A stretch of 56,798 bases of DNA from Thermoanaerobaculia bacterium (GCA_035259605.1 DATFWF010000011.1:1-56798); one strand, 5' to 3'; numbered from the stretch's first letter, positions 29,501-38,784 are shown. A program made the numbers and translations. The notes: generated by a model from the letters alone, not told the origin.

Positions 29501-30019
29501 GCCGAAGATGTCCTGGTACTCCAGGAAGGCCTTCTTCGCCGCCTCGTAGTTGCCGCGGACGAGGGCCCCGGCCACCTCTCCCTTGAGACACCCGGAGAGG
29601 CCGATCAGCCCCTCGGCGTGCTCGCGCAGCAGCGCCTTGTCCATGCGAGGCCGGTGGTAGAAGCCGCTGAGATACGCCTCGGAGACGAGCCGGACCAGGT
29701 TCTTGTAGCCGGTCTGGTTGGCCGCGAGGATGGTCAGGTGGTAGGCGTAGCCCTCGCCGGACTCGCTGGCCGCCTGGATCTGCTTGTCCGCCCGGTCGCC
29801 CGGGGCGATGTACGCCTCGACGCCGACGATCGGCCGGACGCCGAGCTTGATCGCCTCGTTGTAGAAGCCGAGGGCGCCGAACATGTTGCCGTGGTCCGTG
29901 ACCGCGACCGCGGGCATGCCGAGCTCGACGACCTTCTTGCACAGCTCCGGCAGGCGGTTGGCGCCGTCCAGGAGCGAGTACTGGCTGTGAAGGTGGAGAT
30001 GGACGAAGTCGCCGGGCAC
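26540..30019 (-). CDS. dnaE: DNA polymerase III subunit alpha
   Basis: 1159 aa. PHP domain FVHLHLHSQYSLLDG, polymerase core, OB fold and C-terminal region are all colinear with DnaE. Confidence 0.95.
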   Translation of the reverse strand: MPGDFVHLHLHSQYSLLDGANRLPELCKKVVELGMPAVAVTDHGNMFGALGFYNEAIKLGVRPIVGVEAYIAPGDRADKQIQAASESGEGYAYHLTILAANQTGYKNLVRLVSEAYLSGFYHRPRMDKALLREHAEGLIGLSGCLKGEVAGALVRGNYEAAKKAFLEYQDIFGKGNFFVEIMDHGLPQQVAIVPQLLKLSQETGAPAVATNDSHYLNRDDADAHEVLLCIGMGKTLEDERRMRFYNDEFYVKNPDEMKARFSRWSAEAVSNTVAVAERCAIALGNEKVQLPTFSAPAGRAPAEYFGSVAREGLERKLALGETDATIPPEKYRERLEYEIKVVEKMEFPSYFLIVSDFIGFARERGISVGPGRGSSAGSIVAWSLGITEIDPLKYDLLFERFLNPERINMPDIDIDFCQARRGEVIDYVTRKYGRENVAQIVTFSQLKPKLAVRDVARVLSLPVALGDRIAKLVPDGPDVTFKKAMEESALLREAIEADPAVQKVVKIAERLEGLSRHAGMHAAGVVIAPRPITDYLPLYRTNKDEITTQFDMNAVEKMGLLKIDFLGLITLDVIDETLAAIQAREGAAPDLARLPLDDEKTFELFRAGRTACVFQFDSSGMRDLLRRAKPRVFADLAALNALYRPGALDAGTVEDYVRRRNGTSAVRYPLREISDILEETLGILVYQEQVMRIASRVAGYSLADADLLRKAIGKKKREIMVAEGENFIKRATAHGTDPKKARELWGLIEPFARYGFNKSHAVAYALVAYKTAFLKAHYPVDFLAATLSAEIGSTDGIVKVIGDCVESGIPVLPPDINESKRKFTGVGPAIRFGLAAIKGVGDAAAEAILGEREKGPFRSFTDFAMRLDSHLVNKRTLDALIAAGAFDSLGRNRATLSSASERVFAQASRAREEKEIGQSSLFSGTPIESGGIEEDSFPDLPEWSLEERLKGEKEVLGFYVTGHPLARFAETVERFADAKISDLASHAEKTVRVGGVLVALKKQKIKKGVNEGKTMLKAVLEDMSGSIPVAIFASLYEKIASWIAADLPVLVTGTVRESGPAFEMTVQDIIPLEGIKERLARSLQIRVNLALADEKLLARLKDSLASHPGTLPVSIRLFRPGEFEATLKAADSMRVARSQRLTDEIRALTGEDSVEYVFE

Positions 30020-30025
30020 GAGCCG

Positions 30026-30031
30026 ATTCTA
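30026..30031 (-). promoter_or_regulatory. -10-like box TAGAAT (minus strand), 6 nt upstream of the dnaE GTG
   Basis: The minus strand reads gtcTTAGAATcggctcGTG. This implies a leaderless or very short-leader dnaE mRNA. Confidence 0.3.
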
Positions 30032-30076
30032 AGACACCTCGTCGACAAATGACGACCGACGGTATCCTCTCGGAAA

Positions 30077-31393
30077 ATGTCTTTCCGCAAGGCGCTCGGT
30101 CCCTTCGACGCGACGATGGTGGTCGTCGGCGGGATCATCGGGAGCGGGATCTTCATCAATCCGTACATCGTGGCGCAGCGGCTCTCCTCGGGAGGGCTGG
30201 TGCTGGCCGCGTGGGTCGTGGGAGGAGCGATCGCGCTGTCGGGGGCCTTCGCGTTCGCCGAGCTCGGAGCGCTCTTTCCGAAGGCCGGCGGCGAGTACGT
30301 CTATCTGCGCGAGGCCTACCACCCGGGGGTGGCGTTTCTCTTCGGATGGGCTTCGCTCCTGATCATCCAGAGCGGAGGACTGGCGGCCGTGGCGATCACG
30401 TTCGCGCAGTACACGCTGCGGCTGTTCGGCGGCGACGACTCGCGGGCGACGCCGCTGGCCGTCGCCTCGATCGCGCTCGTCGCGGCGGTCAACTACTTCG
30501 GCGTCAAGCCGGGCAGCCGGCTCTTAAACGTCCTGGTCGTCGCCAAGATCGCGGCGCTCGCGGCGCTCATCGGGGGCGGCCTGTTCCTCTCGCGTCAGGT
30601 GCCGGCGCCGGCTTCCGCGGCTACGGCGCATCCGGCAGGCGCCGGCCTCATCGCGTTCGGAGCCGCGCTGATCCCGATCCTGTTCACGTACGGCGGCTGG
30701 CAGAGCGCCAACATCATCGCCGAGGAGATGCGCGACGCCCGCCGCACGCTCCCGCGGGCGCTCGTCGCGGGAACCCTGATCGTCATCGCGATCTACCTGC
30801 TGGCCAACGTCGTATACCTCGGCGCCCTGACCCGGGAAGGCCTGGCCGCGACGAAGACTCCGGCCGCCGACGCCGTCCGGCGCATCTTCGGGCCCGGAGC
30901 GGACCGCCTGATCTCCGCCACGATCGCCGTTTCCGGGTTCGGCTTCCTCGACCTGACGCTCCTGACCCAAACGCGGATCTACTACGCCATGGGCGCCGAC
31001 CGGGTCTTCTTCGAAGGGCTCGGCCGCCTCCACCCTCGGTTCCAGACGCCGTCTCTCGCCATCATTCTCCAGGCGGCGTGGGGAATCGTCCTCGCGCTCA
31101 CGGGGACCTACGCCGACCTGGTGGACTCCGTGGTCTTCGGGGACTGGATCTTCTTTACCCTGACCGTCGCCGCCGTCTTTCTCTTCCGGCGGCGCTACCC
31201 CGTCGCGTCTCGGCCGCCCGACGCGTTTCGAACACCCGGGTACCCCTGGTTTCCGGCCTTCTTCGTCGTGACCGGGATCGCCGCCGTCGCGAGCGCGATC
31301 GCGTCGAACCCCAGGCGGACCCTGATCGGAACGGCCCTGCTCGCGACGGGCATCCCCGTTTACGCCTTCTTCGCCGGGAGACGCCGGGCATGA
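30077..31393 (+). CDS. APC-family amino acid permease
   Basis: 438 aa, about 12 hydrophobic segments, N-terminal VVGGIIGSGIF motif typical of amino acid transporters. Confidence 0.85.
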   Translation: MSFRKALGPFDATMVVVGGIIGSGIFINPYIVAQRLSSGGLVLAAWVVGGAIALSGAFAFAELGALFPKAGGEYVYLREAYHPGVAFLFGWASLLIIQSGGLAAVAITFAQYTLRLFGGDDSRATPLAVASIALVAAVNYFGVKPGSRLLNVLVVAKIAALAALIGGGLFLSRQVPAPASAATAHPAGAGLIAFGAALIPILFTYGGWQSANIIAEEMRDARRTLPRALVAGTLIVIAIYLLANVVYLGALTREGLAATKTPAADAVRRIFGPGADRLISATIAVSGFGFLDLTLLTQTRIYYAMGADRVFFEGLGRLHPRFQTPSLAIILQAAWGIVLALTGTYADLVDSVVFGDWIFFTLTVAAVFLFRRRYPVASRPPDAFRTPGYPWFPAFFVVTGIAAVASAIASNPRRTLIGTALLATGIPVYAFFAGRRRA

Positions 31394-32463
31394 CCCGGGC
31401 ACGGGCTCCCTACATGGAATGGGCGCGGCACAGGCCGGCGCCGGAGGTGGACCTGGCGGGTTCGAATCTCCTTCCCTGCGGCCTCGACGATCTTCCCGGC
31501 GCCCGGGAGGCTCTCGATATTGCCGGCGAGAGCCCGGACGGTTATGCCCCGCTCGTCGAGGCCATCGCGCGGCGGTACGGCGTCGCGGCCGATCGCGTCG
31601 CGACCGCGGGGGGCTGCTCCGGGGCCAACTTCCTGACCTGCGCTGCGCTTGTGGACGCCGGCGACCACGTGCTGCTCGAGCACCCCGTGTACGACCCCCT
31701 GGTCGCCGCGGCGAAGATGGTCGGCGCCGAAGTCTCCTTCTTCGAGAGGCGTTTCGAGGACGGCTACGCTCTCGACCCGGTCCGGATCGCTGCCGCCTTG
31801 AAGCCGAAGACCCGTCTCGTCGTCCTCTCGAGCCCGCACAACCCCTCGGGCGTCCTGGCGGAGGAGTCTGCGCTGCGGAACCTCGCGCGGGTCGCGGAGA
31901 AGGCCGACATCCGGGTCCTCGTGGACGAGGTCTACCTCGACGCCGCCCTGGGCTCGAAGCACCCGCCTGCGGCAGCTCTCTCGCCGGCCTTCATCTCCTC
32001 CAACAGCCTGACGAAGTCCTGGGGCCTCGCTTCGCTGCGATGCGGCTGGACCCTCGCGTCGGCGGAGATCACCGAGAGGATCCGCCGCGCCCGCGACATC
32101 GTGGACGTCTGGGCGCCGATCCCCGCCGACCGCCTCTCGGTCCTCGCCTTCCGGAACCTGGACCAACTCGCCGTCCGCGCCCGGGCCCTCATCGAGGCGA
32201 ACTCCCGCTTGATCGGAGACTTCTTCGCCGGCCGCCGCGAGCTCGAATGCGTTCCCTCACGCTCGACCATCGCCTTCCCCCGGTTCCGCGACGGCCGCGA
32301 CTCCGGCCCCTTCGCGGATCGCCTCTTCCGGGACCATCGCGTCGCCGTCGCCCCCGGCCGCTTCTTCGACTCCCCCGCCCATTTCCGCCTCTCCTTCGGA
32401 GGCGCCACCGAGAAGCTCCGCCGCGGCCTCGCCGCCATCGCCGCGTGCCTCGAAGCCTTCTGA
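31390..32463 (+). CDS. PLP-dependent aminotransferase (class I/II)
   Basis: ATG 31390 (ATGA overlap with the permease stop), C-terminal part of ORF 30049..32463. SSPHNPSG and the PLP-lysine motif SLTKSWGLASLRCGW. Confidence 0.8.
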   Translation: MTRARAPYMEWARHRPAPEVDLAGSNLLPCGLDDLPGAREALDIAGESPDGYAPLVEAIARRYGVAADRVATAGGCSGANFLTCAALVDAGDHVLLEHPVYDPLVAAAKMVGAEVSFFERRFEDGYALDPVRIAAALKPKTRLVVLSSPHNPSGVLAEESALRNLARVAEKADIRVLVDEVYLDAALGSKHPPAAALSPAFISSNSLTKSWGLASLRCGWTLASAEITERIRRARDIVDVWAPIPADRLSVLAFRNLDQLAVRARALIEANSRLIGDFFAGRRELECVPSRSTIAFPRFRDGRDSGPFADRLFRDHRVAVAPGRFFDSPAHFRLSFGGATEKLRRGLAAIAACLEAF

Positions 32464-32497
32464 ATCACTCACAAATCACAAAATCACGGATCACAAA
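32464..32497. repeat. Irregular ATCAC repeat (4 copies; spacing 11, 8, 7 nt)
   Basis: ATCACTCACAAATCACAAAATCACGGATCACAAA fills the spacer between the convergent aminotransferase and guaA genes. Confidence 0.7.
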
Positions 32498-32503
32498 TTC
32501 CTC

Positions 32504-34039
32504 TCATTCCCATTCGATCGTGGCAGGGGGCTTGGAGGTGATGTCGTAGACGACGCGGTTGACGCCGCGGACGGCCGAGACGACCCTGCGGGCGATCGCG
32601 TCGAGGACCTCGTGGGGCATTCGGAACCAGTCGGCGGTCATGAAGTCGGTCGTCTGGACGGCGCGGACCGCGAGCACGAGCTCGTGCGTGCGGTTGTCGC
32701 CCATGACGCCGACGGTCTTGACCGGCAGGAGCACCGCGAAGGCCTGCGAGATCGCGTCGTAGAGGCCTGCCGCCCGGATCTCCTCGAGCACGATCTCGTC
32801 GGCCTTCTGGAGGATCGCCACCTTCTCGCGAGTCACGGGGCCGGGAATCCGCACGGCGAGCCCGGGTCCGGGGAAGGGATGCCTCGCCAGGAACTCCTGC
32901 GGAAGTCCGAGCTCGGCGCCGAGCAGGCGAACTTCGTCTTTGAAGAGCTCCCGGACCGGCTCGATCAGCTCGAGGCCGAGCTTCTCGGGCAGCCCGCCGA
33001 CGTTGTGATGCGTCTTGATGACCTGCGACGGGCCCTTGATCGAGACCGATTCGATGACGTCGGGATAGAGGGTGCCCTGCGCGAGGTACCGCGCGCCGGC
33101 GATGCTCCTGGCCTCGCGCTCGAAGACCTCGATGAAGCTCCTCCCGATGATCCGCCGCTTCTCCTCGGGATCCTCGACGCCGGAGAGGCGCTCGAGAAAG
33201 AGGTCCGAAGCGTCCACGGCGCGGATCGAGAGGCCGAACCGGCGGAACGCTTCCTCGACCTGGGAGCGCTCGTGAGCGCGCAGCAGGCCATGGTCCACGA
33301 GGATCGGATGGAGCCGCTCGCCGACCGCCTCGCGGAGAAGGAGAGCGGTGACGGAGGAATCCACTCCCCCCGAGAGCGCGCAGACGACAGAGCCCGACGG
33401 CGCCTGCCGGCGGATCGCCTCGACCTTCTCCCGGCGGAAGGAGTCCATCGTCCATTCCGGCTTCGCGCCGCAGACGCGGAAGAGGAAGTTCTGGAGGATC
33501 TCCGAGCCGTGGTCGGTGTGGCGGACCTCCGGGTGGAAGCAGACGGCGTAGATCTTCCGCGAGGGATCCTCGAAGGCTCCGACCGGGCTGTCCGGCGTCG
33601 AGCCCGTGACCCGGAAGCCCGGCGGGGGCGCAGCGATCGTGTCGCCGTGGCTCATCCAGACCGTCTGCTCGGAGTCGAGCCCGGAGAAGAGGACGGAGTC
33701 GGTCGAGAGCTTCGCCGCCGCCCGGCCGTACTCGCGGCCCCGGCCTCCGACGACTTCGCCCCCCTCGGCGCGCGCGAGCCACTGCATGCCGTAGCAGACG
33801 CCGAGAACCGGGACGCCGAAAGACGTCGGGTCGGCGGCCGGCGTCGGCGCGTCCTTCTCGTAAACGCTCTGCGGCCCGCCCGAGAGGATGATCCCGGCCG
33901 GCGACTGTCGCGAGATCTCCGCAGCCGAGGCGGAGGGCGGGAGAACCACCGAGAAAACCCGCGCCTCGCGCACCCGGCGGGCGATCAACTGGGTGTATTG
34001 CGATCCGAAATCCAGGATGACGATCGAGCCGGAGCTCAT
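32504..34039 (-). CDS. guaA: Glutamine-hydrolysing GMP synthase
   Basis: GATase domain (ILDFGSQYTQLIARR), ATP-PPase SGGVDSSV, C-terminal ...KPPATIEWE. Confidence 0.95.
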   Translation of the reverse strand: MSSGSIVILDFGSQYTQLIARRVREARVFSVVLPPSASAAEISRQSPAGIILSGGPQSVYEKDAPTPAADPTSFGVPVLGVCYGMQWLARAEGGEVVGGRGREYGRAAAKLSTDSVLFSGLDSEQTVWMSHGDTIAAPPPGFRVTGSTPDSPVGAFEDPSRKIYAVCFHPEVRHTDHGSEILQNFLFRVCGAKPEWTMDSFRREKVEAIRRQAPSGSVVCALSGGVDSSVTALLLREAVGERLHPILVDHGLLRAHERSQVEEAFRRFGLSIRAVDASDLFLERLSGVEDPEEKRRIIGRSFIEVFEREARSIAGARYLAQGTLYPDVIESVSIKGPSQVIKTHHNVGGLPEKLGLELIEPVRELFKDEVRLLGAELGLPQEFLARHPFPGPGLAVRIPGPVTREKVAILQKADEIVLEEIRAAGLYDAISQAFAVLLPVKTVGVMGDNRTHELVLAVRAVQTTDFMTADWFRMPHEVLDAIARRVVSAVRGVNRVVYDITSKPPATIEWE

Positions 34040-34548
34040 GTGCGCGTTCTCCTTCGAACGAGGGCCAGTGGCAGGGCCAGGACCGCCGCCGGAATCGCGG
34101 CCGCCGCCGCGCCGGCGAAGGGGGCGGCAGCGACGAGAAGCGGCGCGACGAGCGACCCGGGAGCGACGCGGGCCGCTACCTTCTCCCCTTCGAACACCGC
34201 GATGCCGCTCGCGATGAGAAACAGGACGGCGAAGAGCCCCCCGAAGGCGCGCCCGTAACTCGACTTCCGATCTTCGCCGCGGCGCTTTCCGAAGAGGCCC
34301 CGCTCCGCCAGCCAGATCCCGAGGATGAAGAGAAGGACCGCGGCGTAGGCGGGGAGGAAGAAGAGGAGCGACTGCTCGAGGAACCGGATCTCCGGCGAGG
34401 CGGGCGCGGGCTTTCCGGCCCGGAGCTGCTCGAAGAACGGGTACGTCCCGAACCCCGGGTCCTGGTGGCCGTGGGTCAGCAGGAAGAGCAGGACGGCGAT
34501 GAGGAATGCGGAGGGCAAGAGCAGCGCCGCCTGTCGAAAGAAGGTCAA
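34036..34548 (-). CDS. Hypothetical integral membrane protein
   Basis: 170 aa with 4-5 hydrophobic segments. ATGA overlap with the guaA start suggests co-translation. No family recognised. Confidence 0.5.
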   Translation of the reverse strand: MTFFRQAALLLPSAFLIAVLLFLLTHGHQDPGFGTYPFFEQLRAGKPAPASPEIRFLEQSLLFFLPAYAAVLLFILGIWLAERGLFGKRRGEDRKSSYGRAFGGLFAVLFLIASGIAVFEGEKVAARVAPGSLVAPLLVAAAPFAGAAAAAIPAAVLALPLALVRRRTRT

Positions 34549-34568
34549 GTCCCCCCGGATTGTACGCG

Positions 34569-36494
34569 ATGGAGGATCCGAGCCGGCCCGTTGCGCGATG
34601 CTATCGTTTGCGCCGCGTGACCCTCAGAAAATCGACGAAGATCTGGATCGCGGTCTTCGCGGTCTCGGCCGCGGCTACAGCGCTGATCCACTTCTTCCAC
34701 TGGGACGCGGGATGCGTCAGCATCCTGGCCGGCGTCGTCGCGTTCGTCTCGGGGATCGTCCTGCTCTGCGTGGGGATCGCCGCCCTCTTCCGGGCGACGA
34801 TTCGCCGCCTGACCCTGCGCCTCGCGTTCTCCTACTTCCTGATCGGGATCGTTCCCATCCCGCTCCTGATCATGCTCCTGTTCTCCGCGGCGTACATCCT
34901 CGCGCACCAGTTCGTCGCGACGCGAGTCCGGCGGGACGTCACGACGATCACCCGGGAGCTCACCTCCTCCGGGAACCCGCCCGTCTTTCGAGTCTCCGGC
35001 GAGGTGGTGGCTTCCTCCGGCGTGGCCTGGATCAAGGAAGGGGAAAAGGCGGGTTGGGTCAAGACGATCACGGAGCCGCGGCCGGTCCTCGAATCCAGCG
35101 GGCGCGTCTGGATGGCCGCTCCGAAGCCGCGCGCGGAGCCGGGAACGTTCGTCCTCGTGCCCGTGACGGACAGCCGCGATTTCATCCAGCGGCTCGCGGA
35201 CCGAACGGGCTACATTGTCTGGATCGCGCAGGAGCACGCCAGGCGCCGGAAAGACGGCTGGCAGATGGACTCCGGTTCTACGATGGACGCGGGGTCGCAG
35301 GGGAAGGAAGCGGTGCGGCCGACCGGCTCGACGCGTCCCTCCGGAGGGGTCCTCGACCGGGAATGGGTCGCCGCCGTCTACGTCGAAAACGTCGCCTACC
35401 CGCCTTCGCCCTCGGAACAGGAGCGGGAGGTGGTCGTCTGGCTGGCGCGGACGTCTCCGCGAGTCCTGGCCTCGCAGCTCTTCGCCCAGGGAGTGCCGGC
35501 CCTGGGCAACATCTTCCGGGCGATCCTGTTCGGCCTCTCGGCGGTGCTGCTGCTCGTCTACCTGGTGGCCCTCGCCATCGCCTTCGTCCTGGTCGGAACG
35601 ATCACCCGAAACGTCAACCGGCTCACGAGGGCGAGCGAGGCGATCGCCCGAGGCGACTTCTCCGTTCGCGTCAAGTCACGCTCGCGGGACCAGATCGGCG
35701 ACCTGGCGCGGTCCTTCGACGGGATGGCCGGCTCGATCGAGAGGCTCCTCGAGGAGACCGCCGAGAAGAAACGCCTGGAAGGGGAAATCGGGATCGCCCG
35801 GACGATCCAGCAGAAGCTGCTGCCGGCGCCCGAGGCGGACCTTCCCGGCTTCTCGCTGGTCGCGCGTTTCGAGCCGGTCGAGGCGATCGGCGGCGACTAC
35901 TACGACTACTACCGGCTTCCCGACGGCCGGTCCGCGGCCGCCATCGGGGACGTCTCGGGGCATGGGCTTCCGACCGGCCTCCTCGTCGCGATGGCCAAGG
36001 CGGCGCTCTCGACCCTGCTCGAGTCGGGGCTCACGGGGCCGGCCCTCTTCGCGAGGCTCAACGAGCTCATCTACCGGTCGACGGATTCGCGCAACTACAT
36101 GACCCTCTCTTTCTTCGCGATGGAGCCGGCCACGAGGACGGCCAGGCTGACCAATGCCGGCCAGCTCGCGCCCTACCGGATCTCCGGCGCGTCGGTCGAC
36201 GCGATCTCGCTTCCCTCGTTCCCGCTCGGGCTCTCCGAAGAGAAGGACTTTCCGATGCGCGAGATCACGCTCGACGCCGGCGACCGGCTGGTTTTCCTGA
36301 CCGACGGCTTCGTCGAGGCGGCGGACGCGTCCGGGGAGCCGTTCGGGTTCGAGCGCATGGAAGCTCTTCTGCGCGCCGAGGCCGGCTCGGACGCTGCGCG
36401 TCTTCGCGACGTGATCCTCGCCGCCGTGGCCGCCCACACGGGCCCGGGCGCCGCGGGAGACGACCGCACCCTGGTCATCCTGACGATTCACTGA
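34569..36494 (+). CDS. HAMP-domain SpoIIE/PP2C-family protein phosphatase (RsbU-like)
   Basis: TM segments, HAMP (ITRNVNRLTRASEAIARGDFSVRV...IGDLARSFDGMAGSI), PP2C core (IARTIQQKLLP...GGDYYDY...GDVSGHGLPTGL). ATG 34569 chosen; GTG 34617 is possible. Confidence 0.8.
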   Translation: MEDPSRPVARCYRLRRVTLRKSTKIWIAVFAVSAAATALIHFFHWDAGCVSILAGVVAFVSGIVLLCVGIAALFRATIRRLTLRLAFSYFLIGIVPIPLLIMLLFSAAYILAHQFVATRVRRDVTTITRELTSSGNPPVFRVSGEVVASSGVAWIKEGEKAGWVKTITEPRPVLESSGRVWMAAPKPRAEPGTFVLVPVTDSRDFIQRLADRTGYIVWIAQEHARRRKDGWQMDSGSTMDAGSQGKEAVRPTGSTRPSGGVLDREWVAAVYVENVAYPPSPSEQEREVVVWLARTSPRVLASQLFAQGVPALGNIFRAILFGLSAVLLLVYLVALAIAFVLVGTITRNVNRLTRASEAIARGDFSVRVKSRSRDQIGDLARSFDGMAGSIERLLEETAEKKRLEGEIGIARTIQQKLLPAPEADLPGFSLVARFEPVEAIGGDYYDYYRLPDGRSAAAIGDVSGHGLPTGLLVAMAKAALSTLLESGLTGPALFARLNELIYRSTDSRNYMTLSFFAMEPATRTARLTNAGQLAPYRISGASVDAISLPSFPLGLSEEKDFPMREITLDAGDRLVFLTDGFVEAADASGEPFGFERMEALLRAEAGSDAARLRDVILAAVAAHTGPGAAGDDRTLVILTIH

Positions 36495-36516
36495 TTTCCG
36501 GAACAGGAGGGGGAAA

Positions 36517-38754
36517 ATGCGACGGTTCGTCTCCATTCTCTTGGCTGTGGGGGCTGCAGCCGCGTGCGCCCCGGCGCTCTCGGCCCAGACCTCGCCGTTC
36601 GTGGACGAGAAGACCGAGAGGGCGCTCGTCAACGAGCTCTCGGGCGACCTCGCCTTCGAACACCTGCGCTTGACGACGCAGTGGCACAAGCCTTCCGGGT
36701 CGGAGGGCTTCTTCGCGGTCGCGCGGTACGCCCTGGAGAAGGCGAAGGAGGCCGGGCTCGAAGACGTCCGGTGGATCGACCAGGTCAACGACTCCTCTTC
36801 CTGGACCTGCCGCCGCGCGGAGGCGTGGCTGCTGGAAGGGTCCGGCGCCGAATCGAAGGAGACCAAGCTCGGCTCCTACGCGGAGGTCGCGACCTCGATC
36901 GCCGACTACTCGCGCTCGGCCGACGTGACGGCGGAGCTGGTGGACGTCGGCGCCGGCGAACGGCCGGCGGACTACGAGGGGAAAGCCGTTCGCGGCAAGA
37001 TCGTTCTCTCCTCCGGCTCCCTGGCCAACGTCACGGAACAGGCCGTCTGGAAACGCGGAGCGGCCGGGATCCTGTCCTGGTCCTCGACCCGGGCCAACCC
37101 GCTCGCCGACGCCCCGGACCAGATCGCCTGGCAGCGGGTCCCCGACCGCGACGGGCCCGGCGGCGAGAAGACGACCTTCGCGTTCATCCTCTCCGCGCGA
37201 GACGGGAAGGCGCTTTCCGACCGGATGAAGCGCGAGGCGCTCCATCGGGCGTCGGACCCGGGCATCCCTCCGATGCGCGCCCACATCGTGGTCGAGGCCG
37301 GGGCGCTCGCCGAGAAGAAGTCGGCGATGGTCGAGGGGCGCATCCGCGGGACCGATCCGTCCATTCCCGAGATCGTCCTGACGGCTCACCTCCAGGAGGA
37401 GAAGTTCTCGGCCAACGACGACCAGTCCGGCGTCGTGAACATCCTGGAGATCGCGCGGGCCCTGACGCGCCTGATCTCCGACGGGAAGATCGCCCGGCCG
37501 CGCCGGGGCATCCGGTTCTGGTGGTGTGACGAGATTCGCGCCGAGTACCGCTACTTCGCCGATCACCCGGGCGAGGAGAAGAAGCTCCTGGCCGACCTGA
37601 ACCAGGACATGGTCGGCGCGAAGCAGTCGGTCGGCGGCCGCGTTCAGCACTTCACGCGGATGCCGTGGTCGCGCCCCTCGTTCCTGGCGGACGTCCAGGA
37701 GAGCGTCCTCGACATGGTCGTCGCGGGCAATAACGGCTACCTGCCCGCCGGGCAGGCCGGGTCGAACCCGCCGGGGCTCGTTTTCAGCAAGCCGATCTTC
37801 TCGAGGCTGGGAACCCGCGAGCCCTTCCACGCCCGGGCGGTCCCCTACTTCGATTCCACCGACCACCTCGTCTTCAACGACTCGTGGGTCGGCGTCCCGG
37901 GCACGACGCTGACGAACTGGCCGGACGAGTACATCCATTCCAGCGGCGACGACCTCTGGCAGATCGACGCGACGCAGTTGAAGCGCAACGCCTTCATCGT
38001 CGCGGCGACCGCCGTCTGGCTCGCCAACGCGGGCGCCGCAGAGGGAGCGGAGCTGGCGCCCTTCGTCGCGGCGCGGGGGCTGGAGAGGCTCGCCCGGGAC
38101 GCCGCGACCGCCTCGGCGATCCTTCGCGGCGCGGCGGGGAGCGCGGCGGAACGGTCCCGCGCCGCGAGAAACCTCCTCGAATCGTCGGTCGAAAGAGAGG
38201 ACGCCACGCTGGCCTCGATCGCAGCCCTTGCGCCCGGCGATTCGGCGCTCGCCGCGGGCCTCGAGGAGAGGCGCAAGGAGTTTCGCAAGGCCGCCGTCGC
38301 GATCCGGGACTCGATCGTGGCCGTCCCGGCGGGCGGGCAGTCGCCCTGGAATTCGCCGCCGGGCGAAGAAGAGAAGCGGATGGCGACGCGAACGCCGAAG
38401 CGCGGCGCGCCGAATCTTTCCGACTGGCTGGCGCTCGAGAGGAAAGTCGCGGACAAACGCTCCGCGGAGGCCCGGCGGCGCCGCGAGGAACGGGAGGCCC
38501 CCCAGGCCAGGCCGGCGAAGGGCAAGAGCGCCGCGGCCCCGGCGCCCGAGCCTCCGGAGGAGAAGAAGCTCACGCCGCTGATGCAATGGGAAGCGATGAA
38601 CTGGGTGGACGGCAAGACCGACGCGGCGACGATCGCGCGGCGAGTCTGCGCGGAGGCCGCGTCGGCGGGAGCCTGGTACTACGGGGCGTGCACGCCCGCG
38701 CTCGTCGAGAAGTTTTTCGAGACGCAGGCGAAGGATGGATTGATCGGCTGGTAA
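36517..38754 (+). CDS. M28-family peptidase-like protein with long C-terminal extension
   Basis: Signal peptide MRRFVSILLAVGAAAACAPALSAQ. M28-like metal-ligand context HLQEEKFSANDDQSGV. Charged linker and a roughly 70-aa C-terminal domain. Confidence 0.7.
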   Translation: MRRFVSILLAVGAAAACAPALSAQTSPFVDEKTERALVNELSGDLAFEHLRLTTQWHKPSGSEGFFAVARYALEKAKEAGLEDVRWIDQVNDSSSWTCRRAEAWLLEGSGAESKETKLGSYAEVATSIADYSRSADVTAELVDVGAGERPADYEGKAVRGKIVLSSGSLANVTEQAVWKRGAAGILSWSSTRANPLADAPDQIAWQRVPDRDGPGGEKTTFAFILSARDGKALSDRMKREALHRASDPGIPPMRAHIVVEAGALAEKKSAMVEGRIRGTDPSIPEIVLTAHLQEEKFSANDDQSGVVNILEIARALTRLISDGKIARPRRGIRFWWCDEIRAEYRYFADHPGEEKKLLADLNQDMVGAKQSVGGRVQHFTRMPWSRPSFLADVQESVLDMVVAGNNGYLPAGQAGSNPPGLVFSKPIFSRLGTREPFHARAVPYFDSTDHLVFNDSWVGVPGTTLTNWPDEYIHSSGDDLWQIDATQLKRNAFIVAATAVWLANAGAAEGAELAPFVAARGLERLARDAATASAILRGAAGSAAERSRAARNLLESSVEREDATLASIAALAPGDSALAAGLEERRKEFRKAAVAIRDSIVAVPAGGQSPWNSPPGEEEKRMATRTPKRGAPNLSDWLALERKVADKRSAEARRRREEREAPQARPAKGKSAAAPAPEPPEEKKLTPLMQWEAMNWVDGKTDAATIARRVCAEAASAGAWYYGACTPALVEKFFETQAKDGLIGW

Positions 38755-38759
38755 ACGGC

Positions 38760-38784
38760 GCGGGAGGGCACGACGCCTTCCCGC
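38760..38784 (+). terminator. Hairpin between the convergent M28 peptidase and YXWGXW genes
   Basis: GCGGGAGGG-cacgacg-CCTTCCCGC forms a 9-bp stem with one G-U pair. No U-tract. Confidence 0.3.

Noticed and set aside
26252-30052. 1266-aa ORF on the + strand (with parallel long ORF 26544..29942 on the minus strand)
   Set aside because: These are antisense or out of frame relative to dnaE, whose full-length homology explains the region. Their composition is that of shadow ORFs.
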